The position numbers and the translations under genes were made by a program. From Candidatus Zixiibacteriota bacterium (lineage in GTDB: Bacteria; Zixibacteria; MSB-5A5; JAABVY01): a stretch of DNA of 64,000 bases. Below, one piece after another: positions 40,206 to 49,519 of the stretch. Each line of letters opens with the position of its first letter. Within the stretch, counting starts at the first letter, position 1. The notes beneath the pieces were generated by a model. It saw only the letters and a program-made list of their open reading frames with translations, was not told the DNA's origin and ran no database searches. The stretch spans positions 3,736-67,735 of the forward strand of contig DSEQ01000025.1 of assembly GCA_011056555.1 (NCBI GenBank), read 5' to 3'.

Positions 40206-40206
40206 A

Positions 40207-41073
40207 TCAATACTCTCGCCTGGTGAAGATTTCTTTAATATCGGAGTACCTGAATACAGGGCCGTCTTTGCAGACGAATAACGGACCCATCTGGCAGTGT
40301 CCGCACAGGCCGATTCCGCATTTCATATTTCTTTCCATGGACACATAGATGTCCGCGGGTTCCACGCCACGTTTCTGGAGCCCCAGCGCGCTGAAGCGCA
40401 TCATGATCTCCGGCCCGCAGACCATAGCTGTGCAGTTTAGATGATCGAACGGCGCCCTTCCGATCAGATTGGTCACCACGCCGACATTACCGCGCCAGGA
40501 GCCAGTTCCGCGATCGACAGTTATATGAACTTCGAGGTCAAGACGGGATCGCCACTTTTCCAGTTCCTTTTGGTACAGGATATCGCTGGGAGTTCTGGCT
40601 CCGTATAACAATACGATCTTGCCGTAATTCTCTCTGTGTGCCAGGAGGTAATACATTACCGGGCGCAACGGGGCCATACCGATACCGCCGGCCACCAGGA
40701 CAACATCATTACCCTCGGCCTCTTCCACCGGCCAGCTCGTGCCCAACGGCCCGCGTACTCCAAGAGTGCGGCCCGATTTCAGGCTGTCCATAGCCTTGGT
40801 GACATTACCGACCGCACGGGTTGTATGCACCAGCTTCTCCGGTCTGGTAGGATCGCCGCTGATCGAAATCGGCACCTCCCCCACACCGAAGACATAGATC
40901 ATATTGAACTGCCCGGGCTTAAAATCGAACTTTTTCGGTCCGGAGACAGGCTTCAGTTCCATGGAAAATGTATCCACGGTATCGCGTCTGAAGCGCTGAA
41001 TCATGAACTGCCGGGGCATCATCGGATCATCTTTAAATCCGATTGCCTTTTTATTCTTTTGTATTTCCGCCAT
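40207..41073 (-). CDS. sulfhydrogenase gamma subunit (FAD/NAD(P)-binding, 2Fe-2S; DHOD electron-transfer-subunit-like)
   Basis: Alignable to Pyrococcus HydG (GVGEVPISI; C-terminal [16 protein letters not shown]...CKDGPVF). The start is uncertain (TTG 41130 / ATG 41073 / ATG 41022). Confidence 0.75.
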   Translation of the reverse strand: MAEIQKNKKAIGFKDDPMMPRQFMIQRFRRDTVDTFSMELKPVSGPKKFDFKPGQFNMIYVFGVGEVPISISGDPTRPEKLVHTTRAVGNVTKAMDSLKSGRTLGVRGPLGTSWPVEEAEGNDVVLVAGGIGMAPLRPVMYYLLAHRENYGKIVLLYGARTPSDILYQKELEKWRSRLDLEVHITVDRGTGSWRGNVGVVTNLIGRAPFDHLNCTAMVCGPEIMMRFSALGLQKRGVEPADIYVSMERNMKCGIGLCGHCQMGPLFVCKDGPVFRYSDIKEIFTRREY

Positions 41074-41518
41074 ACACATCAAATAGTTGCATTCGGGTTG
41101 CTTCCAGGCGCTGGGCCATGAGTCTGGCAAAACGCCTCATTAATTCATAACCGAGCTCGTGATCTTCATCCATTTTACCGCGCAGGCATTTACCGTCCAA
41201 TGCGATCGCTCTGGTTAATTCGACCGCGCGAGCGTCGAAATGCCAGCGATAGGGCGGTATCAACCATGACCAACCGGTGACATCCCCGGTTTCACGGGTC
41301 TGAATCGCTATCGGACCTTTTTGCGGGATATAAGTTTCAATTATAATCTTACCGTGCCTGATAAAATAGAAATGGTTAGCCTCGTCCCCTTCACGGAAAA
41401 GAAATTCATCCTTCTTGAAAACAACATTGGAGCCGCAGCCGGTAATAAAATCGATATGCCGTTGCTCCAATCCCTCCAGGAATGGATGCTCTTTTAGTAC
41501 TTTTGCCAGAGATTCCAT
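41051..41518 (-). CDS. stand-alone cyclic-nucleotide-binding (cNMP/CAP effector) domain protein with no DNA-binding domain, embedded in the hydrogenase operon
   Basis: FKKDEFLFREGDEANHFYFIRHGKIII...RETGDVTGW...RAVELTRAIAL beta-roll motif. RBS GAGGAA sits 7 nt upstream, only 4 nt after the beta-subunit stop. Confidence 0.7.
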   Translation of the reverse strand: MESLAKVLKEHPFLEGLEQRHIDFITGCGSNVVFKKDEFLFREGDEANHFYFIRHGKIIIETYIPQKGPIAIQTRETGDVTGWSWLIPPYRWHFDARAVELTRAIALDGKCLRGKMDEDHELGYELMRRFARLMAQRLEATRMQLFDVYGGNTKE

Positions 41519-41522
41519 AAAT

Positions 41523-42659
41523 CTATTCCTCTTTATCTGCCATTATTTTGCCTTTTCCTTCACTTTCCCTGATGGCCTGAACTTCCTCGGTAATATCGAT
41601 TCCCACCGGGCACCAGGTAATGCATCTGCCGCAACCGACACAGCCCGACATCCCGAATTGATCGATCCAACTCGCCAGTTTGTGAGTCAGCCATTGACGA
41701 TACCGAGCCTTGGCTGAAGTGCGCACACTTCCTCCGTATATATAGGAATGATCCAGTGTAAAACATGAATCCCATTTGCGCACACGTTTGGCCGAATTGA
41801 CCTCGAGGCCGGAGATGTCCTCGATGTTTATGCAGAAACAGGTTGGGCACACTAAAGTGCAATTGCCGCAATTCAAACATCTCTGCGCAACTACTTCCCA
41901 GCGGGAACTCTCGAAATTGCGGTAAAGCAGCTCCTTTATGTCGTCTGTATCGAGCCGCCGGCCCATTTTATTCTCGGCCTCTTTCATCAGCCGGTCGGCT
42001 GTCTCGATCGCATTTTGATCAGCTTCTTTGCCCTTGATCTCCTTCATGATTTTTTCGCCGGCCTTTGTACCGGATTCAATCAAGAAATAGTGACCGCTGT
42101 TGTCAACAATTTCCGTGATCGCCAGGTCAAATCCCTTGGTGGCCCTGGGACCAGTACCCATCGAGACACAGAAACAGGTGCCGCCCGGACGCACACAATT
42201 CACAGCAACAATGAAAATATTCTGTCGGCATCTTTCATAATCCGCATCCTTATACGGCCCTTCAAGAAGAATCTCATCCTGGATCCGGATCGCCTCGATT
42301 TCACAGGCGCGGACGCCGATAAATGCCCGTTTGTGGATTTCCTGCTTATTTTCCACAATCTCGAAGCCGTCACCTTTACGCTTCAGCTCAAACAGCTTCT
42401 TCTCAGGCGGATAAAGATATCTTTTCCAGGTATGCTGGCCGACAACATAATCAAAGTATTTCTTGCCGCCCGATTTTACCAGTCTATATCTTCCGCCGTC
42501 CTGTTCATCAGTATACCCAACCGGCAAATCATCCACGTTTGTAATTTCATCATATATAAGGGCCGAATTATCCAGGGTGGGACCGATTATTTGATATTTT
42601 TCTGAAATCAGCGTATCAAAAAGACTTTGCAGGTTACCACTTTCGAGAACCAGAATCAT
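41523..42659 (-). CDS. sulfhydrogenase beta subunit (4Fe-4S cluster protein, HydB-type)
   Basis: Cys clusters CLNCGNCTLVCPTCFC and CVGCGRCITWCP. First gene of the beta-gamma-delta-alpha order typical of group 3b. Confidence 0.8.
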   Translation of the reverse strand: MILVLESGNLQSLFDTLISEKYQIIGPTLDNSALIYDEITNVDDLPVGYTDEQDGGRYRLVKSGGKKYFDYVVGQHTWKRYLYPPEKKLFELKRKGDGFEIVENKQEIHKRAFIGVRACEIEAIRIQDEILLEGPYKDADYERCRQNIFIVAVNCVRPGGTCFCVSMGTGPRATKGFDLAITEIVDNSGHYFLIESGTKAGEKIMKEIKGKEADQNAIETADRLMKEAENKMGRRLDTDDIKELLYRNFESSRWEVVAQRCLNCGNCTLVCPTCFCINIEDISGLEVNSAKRVRKWDSCFTLDHSYIYGGSVRTSAKARYRQWLTHKLASWIDQFGMSGCVGCGRCITWCPVGIDITEEVQAIRESEGKGKIMADKEE

Positions 42660-42681
42660 CCGCCAAATCCTTCAATCGACA

Positions 42682-42699
42682 TTGTGATTTATTTCACAA
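42682..42699. promoter_or_regulatory. CRP/FNR-family-type operator TTGTGA-N6-TCACAA between a TTGACA-N17-TATTTT promoter and the hydB start
   Basis: Perfect TGTGA-N6-TCACA palindrome, 23-42 nt upstream of the hydB ATG. Confidence 0.55.
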
Positions 42700-42812
42700 T
42701 TTATACTCAAAATATGATTGTATTCATTGACTGTCAAGAAGAAAAATAGATTAATCTATTTCATGCTGTATCTGTTAGATACCGCATTCATGAGCTCACG
42801 GCAACAAGAACT

Positions 42813-43508
42813 TTAAATTATTCTTAGACCGGAAATTTTTACAGCCCCGCGATGATAACCATCGGGAAATAGTCTCTCAAGATCATCCAGATCGATTTTA
42901 TTATCTTCGCAGGTCTCATAAACGGTCGGAATCTCATTCTTTTTGGCAAACCTGTCTCGCAGATAATGTATTATCTGCCAGTGCCTTTCGGACAGTTTGC
43001 CGCCTGGGATTTTCATATCTGCAGCGCGATGGGCGGCCTAAAATTCATCCCAGTCATCGGGGTTGACCAAGAATCCGCGCACATCAACCTGGTATACTTT
43101 TTCGGTGGCAATCACATCGTAATCTTTTTCGGTCGTGGGCATGAAATTCTGGCCGAGATAACCCTGTTTATAGGTTACTCCCGCAATCCTGCAGGCCCCG
43201 CGAAGATAGCCGGATGGAAACAGTCGCAGCAGGTCACTGAGACCAAGTTTGCACATGCGGCATGTCTCATAAACTGTCGGGCATTTCCCTTTTTCTTGAA
43301 ACTCAAGCCTGACGTAATAAATCACATCCCAGTGCTCCTCGGTCAACTTGGGAGGCATGCCGAGCTGCATGGCAGTCCATTCGGCAAAATCCTCGTCCCA
43401 GATGAAGAAATCGATCAGAAAATCATGAGAGTCAACCGAGTAAGTCTTATCCTTATAATTTACAATGCTCATGACTGGCTCCTTGTTAAAATCCGAAAAA
43501 CGCAGCAT
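42813..43508 (-). CDS. two-domain (tandem) DsrC/TusE/DsvC-family protein lacking the C-terminal Cys arm; the second domain is interrupted by an in-frame TAG at 43038-43040
   Basis: Domain C (MSIVNYKDKTYSVD...LFPSGYLRGACRIAGV), a linker, then domain D (KVYQVDVRGFLVNPDDWDEF*AAHRAADMKIPGG...GLRII). The stop replaces a Phe/Tyr conserved in the three paralogous domains. Confidence 0.55.
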
Positions 43509-44165
43509 TAAACCAGCCGCAAACCGGCTATTTTTATAATGCCGCGATGATAGCCATCCGGGAAGAGACTCTCGAGTTCGTCAAATTCAAGGTTAAATTC
43601 TTCACAAGTCCTGTAAACTGTGGGAATTCCCCCGAATTCCCTGAAATAGGCCCGCACAAAACGGATGATTCTCCAGTGCTGATCGGTCAATTTCCCGTCG
43701 GGAATCTGGCTTTCCATTGCCCGGTGCGAGGCAAAATCCTCATCCCAGTCATCAGGATTCATCAAGAATCCGTGGACGTCAATAACATAAGTCTTCTCTT
43801 CAACATGGACTTCCTCTTCCTCGACCTCCTCGTAAGGAATCCTTCCCAGATTGGTCTGCCTGTAGCTCAATCCGGCCAGCTTACAGGCCCCTCTCTGATA
43901 GCCGCTGGGGAAAAGCTGGCTGAGATCCTTCAGACGCAAATTATTTTTTTCTGCAGGTTTGATATAAGAGAGGACACTGGCCCGTCTCCTCAAAGTTTTT
44001 CCTTATGAACTTTATTACTTCCCAGTGCCGGCCCGTCAACCCGCCGTCAATTCCAAGGGATTGTGCTATACCTTCGGCGAAGACATCGTCCCACTCGTCA
44101 TAATTCTCGAGAAAACCGGATTGATCGACTTTATATGTCTTGCCCTTATAGCTAAATGTCCTCAT
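43508..44165 (-). CDS. two-domain (tandem) DsrC/TusE/DsvC-family protein, paralog of the previous gene; the first domain is interrupted by a frameshift at an A7 homopolymer (43934-43940)
   Basis: Domain A (MRTFSYKGKTYKVDQSGFL...QTCRK) continues in the +1 frame (NNLRLKDLSQLFPSGYQRGACKLAGL...) into domain B (...HRGIIKIAGLRLV). The TAATG stop/start overlaps the next gene. Confidence 0.55.
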
Positions 44166-44279
44166 ACAAGGCTCCTTGCTAAGATATTAGTTCACATGCA
44201 ACCATTTGTCTTATCCATTGGTCGTCATCCTACGTAGAATCTGTATTTTTGCTTTCTAAGTTAATATCCTGGTGCGTTA

Positions 44280-44295
44280 TGTGATAATTTTCACA
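44280..44295. promoter_or_regulatory. CRP/FNR-family-type operator ATGTGA-N6-TCACAT about 115 nt upstream of the DsrC-like tandem genes
   Basis: Perfect TGTGA-N6-TCACA palindrome. Second copy of the motif seen at 42682-42699. Confidence 0.55.
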
Positions 44296-44374
44296 TTCTA
44301 TAAACAAACTATCACAATCCAGCCTTATGTCAAGCAAAAAGTAGATTACTCTAATAATTTTTGATCAATATTTC

Positions 44375-45172
44375 TCAGCTTATCTTTTTTTGGTGTCTAT
44401 TGCAGAAATATCCGGTCCGCCCGGAGAATTTTCGGCTCTCGATTTTGCCCTTGCATTGGGGACATTTGCGACCCGCTTCTCGATTTGGTAAGAGATATGA
44501 CCGCGGCATCTTCTGCGGGTCAACTTCGGCTTCAACAGCTTTATTGAGAACTGTCTTAAGCGCTTTGAAGATCTTCTTAACCTCTTTGTTACCAAGCTTT
44601 TCTGTCCTGCTGGCGGGGTGAATACCGGCTCTGAAGAGGATTTCATCAGAATAAATATTGCCAATCCCGGCCATCGACTTCTGATCCATCAATGCCGATT
44701 TTACCAAGCCCCGCTTCTTATCCATAATTTCTTTGAACTTGCCCAAATCGAAATCATCTTTCAAAACATCCGGGCCGATATCGTTCTCCGCAGCAAAATC
44801 CTCTAACCCCTTCGCAATATCGACCTTTCCGAGCTTGCGCTGATTATCATAAGCCAGCTTATAGCCATTGGCGAAATTGAATATCACTCTTGCGTGATCG
44901 GGTTCCTGGTCTTCATTCTTGTAATATTTCAAGAAACCGGTCATACCGAAATGCAGCACCAGCCAGGCATTTTTTTCGAATCTGACAAACATGTACTTTC
45001 CCCGCCGCTCGGTTTCTTTGAACTTCCTGCCTTTCAATTTCATCTGCAGGCTGCGGGCGCTATGAGCACCAAGCACATCTTTGTCACGGACTTCGACCTT
45101 CTCGATCTTTCTATTCAATGCGGTCCTGTTAAGATATTTTCTAAAAACCTCGACGTCAGGTAATTCCGGCAT
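44375..45172 (-). CDS. mutM: formamidopyrimidine-DNA glycosylase (Fpg/Nei family)
   Basis: N-terminal PELPDVE (catalytic Pro2, Glu3); H2TH; C-terminal zinc finger CPQC...C..H. Confidence 0.85.
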   Translation of the reverse strand: MPELPDVEVFRKYLNRTALNRKIEKVEVRDKDVLGAHSARSLQMKLKGRKFKETERRGKYMFVRFEKNAWLVLHFGMTGFLKYYKNEDQEPDHARVIFNFANGYKLAYDNQRKLGKVDIAKGLEDFAAENDIGPDVLKDDFDLGKFKEIMDKKRGLVKSALMDQKSMAGIGNIYSDEILFRAGIHPASRTEKLGNKEVKKIFKALKTVLNKAVEAEVDPQKMPRSYLLPNREAGRKCPQCKGKIESRKFSGRTGYFCNRHQKKIS

Positions 45173-45195
45173 TATTCAACCCTCCCCTCGATTAT

Positions 45196-45918
45196 TCATC
45201 TCAGTAAAATTTCCATACCATCGTAAGCTATTTCAGCTTCGACCCTGCGTTCAGGGGCCATTTCACGGATTTTCTTTCCCAGTTTGCGCTCATCCCCCTT
45301 GATGATCTCGGAACCGCAATGGGTTATTATCATTTTGGGCACGCCTTCTTTCCGGCACCATGTCAATTGCGTCCGAATCGGCGTGTGTCCAATTAGAGTG
45401 TCGCCGCGTTTGCGGACAAAGGAGCGCCTGATAGTGGCGCCATCGCCGATATAAAGCGCCGCTCCCTCGAGGGCTTCTTTTCGGTCATAGATATAAACCA
45501 GATCAGGGGCATAGAATACCGTATGTTTTCCGGCTTTGACACGATACCCGACTGCCGGTGCTTTTATCGAATGCTCGACAGGAAAAGCCTCGAATGATAT
45601 TCCCCGCACATTAAACTTTTTCCGATGTCCGACTTTTTCCAGCTTATCTATTTTATATTTTTTAATTTCCGAATATGCATCTTCGGGAGCATAGACCGGA
45701 CACGGAGCACCTTCCTTTAAGCCGAAGGAATGATCCGGATGGGCATGGGTAATTACTATCGCATGCGGATTCAAATCATATACCTTGTTTTTCCAGTCCT
45801 CGCCGCAGTCGATCAGGACGTTTTTACCTTTGAAGGAGACCATCAGGTTGGTGTGTCTGCGATGACGGCTTGTTTTGGCTTCGATATTTCCTCTTGTACC
45901 AAGGAATGTCAGCTTCAT
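45196..45918 (-). CDS. MBL-fold metallo-hydrolase
   Basis: HAHPDH motif (ITHAHPDHSFG) and downstream His/Asp ligands. Confidence 0.7.
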   Translation of the reverse strand: MKLTFLGTRGNIEAKTSRHRRHTNLMVSFKGKNVLIDCGEDWKNKVYDLNPHAIVITHAHPDHSFGLKEGAPCPVYAPEDAYSEIKKYKIDKLEKVGHRKKFNVRGISFEAFPVEHSIKAPAVGYRVKAGKHTVFYAPDLVYIYDRKEALEGAALYIGDGATIRRSFVRKRGDTLIGHTPIRTQLTWCRKEGVPKMIITHCGSEIIKGDERKLGKKIREMAPERRVEAEIAYDGMEILLR

Positions 45919-45936
45919 CAGTCCGTACCAATCAGT

Positions 45937-47073
45937 TTATCCCAGTTCCTCTTCCAGGTCCATCTTCATATTCAGGAATTCCAGCATATCTTTCAAGGTC
46001 AGGACACCTACAAGATTGCCGTTCTCCACAACCATCAGCCTGGTCTTTTGATTCTTTCTCATGCGCGAGAGCGCCTCGACCGCATCGGTATCGGGGCTGA
46101 TTGTATTACTGTCTGAGCACTCATCTATGATTTCGGATACCTTATGCCTGTCGCGCTCTTCCTTCTTGATGTTTTTGACATCATTGATTGTGACACAGCC
46201 CCTCAGGCGGTTGTCTTCCTGAACAGGGAACATCTTATGATGATATCTATAAATATAATCCTCAACCAGATCATCAACCGCAAGATCGGGAGTGACCGTA
46301 ATCGGGTCTTTCTTCATGAAGCGGCTGACCTTCTCGCCCTCCAGAGCCTGCCGGACCAGGAGCTGCTGATATGATGACTGCGACGCTCCCCTGATGAACA
46401 AACCTATCAGAAAAATCCAGATACCTCCAATGAAATTGCCGCTGACAATATTGACCACACCCAGGATCAGAAGCAGGAACCCAAATCCGGAGCCTATTTT
46501 CGAGGCTATAGAGGTGGCTTTCCTCAGATTCTTCTTGGTGGCCCAGAGAATTGATCTGAGAATTCTCCCTCCGTCCAGAGGAAATGCGGGTATCAGGTTA
46601 AAACCGGCCAGCACAAGATTTATGAACCCAAGATAATTTATCACTCCGCCTACCGGGCTCTGACTCAGCGCGCCATGCCAGGCATAATACACTCCGAGGC
46701 AGATCAGTCCAATAATAATGCTGGTTATCGGCCCTATCACGGCCATATAGATTTCCGATTTCGGATTCTGCGGCTCCTCGGTCATCTCGGCCATACCGCC
46801 GAATATGAACAGGGTGATGCCATGCATGGGGATCCCATGCCTCCTTGCTACCAGAGAATGCGCAAGTTCATGAAAAACGACAGAAAAGAAAAGCCCGATT
46901 GTTCCGGCCGCACCCATCCACCAGTAGATCGAAGTGGAAAAACCCTCATACATTGCCGGGAATAGTCCCGCCGCCAGTGACCAGGTAATCAAGAGCGCCA
47001 GAATAAGCCATGACCAGTCCAGCTTTACTTCAAAACCGAATATTGTGAATAGTCTTATGCCCTTGCCAAACAA
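45937..47073 (-). CDS. site-2 protease family (M50) zinc metalloprotease with a C-terminal CBS pair
   Basis: HExxH in a TM helix (FHELAHSLVARRHG), further TMs, two CBS domains. Confidence 0.8.
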   Translation of the reverse strand: MFGKGIRLFTIFGFEVKLDWSWLILALLITWSLAAGLFPAMYEGFSTSIYWWMGAAGTIGLFFSVVFHELAHSLVARRHGIPMHGITLFIFGGMAEMTEEPQNPKSEIYMAVIGPITSIIIGLICLGVYYAWHGALSQSPVGGVINYLGFINLVLAGFNLIPAFPLDGGRILRSILWATKKNLRKATSIASKIGSGFGFLLLILGVVNIVSGNFIGGIWIFLIGLFIRGASQSSYQQLLVRQALEGEKVSRFMKKDPITVTPDLAVDDLVEDYIYRYHHKMFPVQEDNRLRGCVTINDVKNIKKEERDRHKVSEIIDECSDSNTISPDTDAVEALSRMRKNQKTRLMVVENGNLVGVLTLKDMLEFLNMKMDLEEELG

Positions 47074-47131
47074 TTTAATCTCCTTTATAGCTTTGAGTTG
47101 GTTTCTTTACTATAGGAAATGGCCGTCAGCT

Positions 47132-49519
47132 TTACTCCAATCCTTTTTCCACATCAGCTATACGTTTGATTGTATTTATCACGCTGTCGGGATTGAGGGA
47201 AATCGAGTCGATTCCCTCGCGTACCAGAAATTCCGCAAATTCAAGGTAATCGCTGGGCGCCTGACCGCAGATTCCCACCTCGCAATCATGTTTATTGGCG
47301 CGCTCGATGAGCTGCGAAATAAAAACCTTTACAGCATTGTTGCGTTCATCAAAAAGGCTGCTCAATTCAGCCGAATCCCGATCGATCCCCAGGACAAGCT
47401 GGGTAAGATCGTTGGAACCGATCGAGAAACCGTCGAATCTCTGGGCGAATTCCTCCGCCAGAATCACATTGGATGGTATCTCGCACATCACATAAATTTT
47501 CAGGGCGCTTTGGCCTCGCTCCAGATCATAATCTGAAAGAACCGAGAGGATTTTATCGGCCTCCTCGACTGTTCTGCAGAACGGGATCATGATAGCCACG
47601 TTTTCCATGCCGATCTCTTCCCGCACTTTTTTTATTGCCTTGCATTCCAGCGCAAAGGCCTCGCGGTATTTTTCGCTGTAATAGCGCGAGGCGCCACGGA
47701 AGCCGAGCATGGGATTCTCTTCATCCGGTTCAAACTGTTTTCCCCCGATCAGGTCAGCATATTCATTGGATTTGAAATCGCTCATTCGCACAATCACCTG
47801 TTTGGGATATTGCGAAGCCGCGATTTTGGCAATTCCCCGCGCCAGGTGATCGATGAAATACTGCGGTTTGGAATCATATCCTTTGGTAAGATCACGGATC
47901 GTCTTTTTGGCATCCTTGTCTTTCAGGTCATCGTAATGTAAGAGCGCCAGGGGATGAATTTTGATTACATTATTAATAATGAATTCCATCCTCGCCAAGC
48001 CGATACCGTCCGCCGGAAGGCGCCACCATCTGAAGGCCGCTCCCGGACTGGCAATGTTCATCTTGATTTTTGTTTTGGTCTCAGGAATTTCTTTCAGATC
48101 TATGGTCGATTCCTCAAATTCCAGGATACCGTCATATACCACCCCGCGCTCATTGTCCGTGCAGGAAATTGTAATTTCCTGATTATCCTCTATCTTTTCC
48201 GTAGCTTCCTCGGTTCCGACAACAGCAGGGATACTGAGTTCACGGCTGACGATTGCCGCATGTGATGTGCGGCCGCCATAATCAGTGACGATTCCGGCCG
48301 CTTTCTTCATAATCGGTACCCAGTCCGGGTCGGTCATGCCGGTGATTAAGATCGATCCCTCCTTAAATTTGTCAATATCGTCAGCATCCCTTATAACCTG
48401 CGCTTTGGCCGCAGCGATCGCCTCGCCGATGCTCAGGCCGGAAAGAATTTCTTTTCCCCCCTCCTTCAACTCATAAGCCTTCATCGAGCCCGCCTCTTTT
48501 TGAGACTGCACAGTTTCCGGGCGGGCCTGGACAATATAGAGCTTGCCGTTCTGACCATCTTTGGCCCATTCAATATCCATGGGCTGGCCATAATGTTTTT
48601 CGATTTCTACCGCCCATTCAGCGAGTGTCAGGATCTCTTCATCCTCCAGCACAAAGCTGCTTCGCTCTTTTTTTGTAGCGTTGATATTCTTTGTGGTGCT
48701 GCTGCGGGCATAGACCATTTTCTTCTCTTTATCGCCCAGTATCTTATCAATAATCGGGTTATAGCTGTCCCGGCCCAGAAGGGGTTTGAAGACCTGATAT
48801 TCGTCCGGATTGATACTTCCCTGTACAACATTTTCGCCCAGTCCCCAGGCGGCATTGATCACAACCATATCCTCAAAACCGGTCTCGGTGTCAATTGAAA
48901 ACATTACCCCTGAGCCGGCTTTGTCCGAACGGACCATGCGCTGGACGCCGATGGAAAGAGCAACCTTCTTATGATCAAAGCCTTTTTCTTCACGATAGCT
49001 TATGGCCCGGTTTGTAAAAAGCGAGGCATAACAGCTCTTGCATGCTTCCAGAAGATCCTCCTCTCCGCTGACATTCAGATATGTCTCCTGCTGGCCAGCG
49101 AAACTGGCATGCGGAAGATCTTCGGCGGTTGCGCTGCTCCTTACCGCCACGCTGATATCCTGATTCCCGTTGCGGTTGCGTAATTCATTGAAGGCGCTGA
49201 TGATCTCTTCTGCAATACCATTGGGGAACTCACCCTTTCGAAACATCATCCGGATCGATTTTCCCACTTTGCTGAGATTGCCGCCATCTTCTTTCAACTC
49301 CTTCAGCCTGGCGTCCATTTTCTCACTGATTTCATTTTCTTCCAGGTATTTGCGGTAAGCCTCGGCGGTAGTGGCGAAACCATCCGGAACCCTGACGCCG
49401 CGCTCTTTAAGATTGCTTATCATCTCACCCAGAGAAGCGTTCTTGCCTCCCACGATGGAAACATCATCGGAGCTCAAATCATCAAACAATCGAATGTATT
49501 GGCCGCTTTCTTTGTTCAT
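47132..49519 (-). CDS. ppsA: phosphoenolpyruvate synthase (pyruvate, water dikinase)
   Basis: PEP-utilising-enzyme mobile domain with catalytic His (GGRTSHAAIVSRE) plus N-terminal ATP-grasp and C-terminal PEP-binding domains. Start placed at MNKESGQY with RBS GAGGTGAGG. Confidence 0.9.
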   Translation of the reverse strand: MNKESGQYIRLFDDLSSDDVSIVGGKNASLGEMISNLKERGVRVPDGFATTAEAYRKYLEENEISEKMDARLKELKEDGGNLSKVGKSIRMMFRKGEFPNGIAEEIISAFNELRNRNGNQDISVAVRSSATAEDLPHASFAGQQETYLNVSGEEDLLEACKSCYASLFTNRAISYREEKGFDHKKVALSIGVQRMVRSDKAGSGVMFSIDTETGFEDMVVINAAWGLGENVVQGSINPDEYQVFKPLLGRDSYNPIIDKILGDKEKKMVYARSSTTKNINATKKERSSFVLEDEEILTLAEWAVEIEKHYGQPMDIEWAKDGQNGKLYIVQARPETVQSQKEAGSMKAYELKEGGKEILSGLSIGEAIAAAKAQVIRDADDIDKFKEGSILITGMTDPDWVPIMKKAAGIVTDYGGRTSHAAIVSRELSIPAVVGTEEATEKIEDNQEITISCTDNERGVVYDGILEFEESTIDLKEIPETKTKIKMNIASPGAAFRWWRLPADGIGLARMEFIINNVIKIHPLALLHYDDLKDKDAKKTIRDLTKGYDSKPQYFIDHLARGIAKIAASQYPKQVIVRMSDFKSNEYADLIGGKQFEPDEENPMLGFRGASRYYSEKYREAFALECKAIKKVREEIGMENVAIMIPFCRTVEEADKILSVLSDYDLERGQSALKIYVMCEIPSNVILAEEFAQRFDGFSIGSNDLTQLVLGIDRDSAELSSLFDERNNAVKVFISQLIERANKHDCEVGICGQAPSDYLEFAEFLVREGIDSISLNPDSVINTIKRIADVEKGLE

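Noticed and set aside
41022-41130. Alternative longer gamma-subunit start (TTG at 41130) overlapping the cNMP-binding gene by 80 nt
   Set aside because: Homology to Pyrococcus HydG begins near MMPRQ/MAEIQ. The long N-terminal extension is unsupported and would overlap a well-supported ORF.
43038-43040. In-frame TAG in the DsrC-like gene as a recoded sense codon (e.g. Pyl or readthrough)
   Set aside because: TAG terminates several well-supported genes in this window (at 626, 1765, 5255 and the hydB 3' end), so stop-codon reassignment is unlikely. A lesion or sequencing error is more parsimonious.
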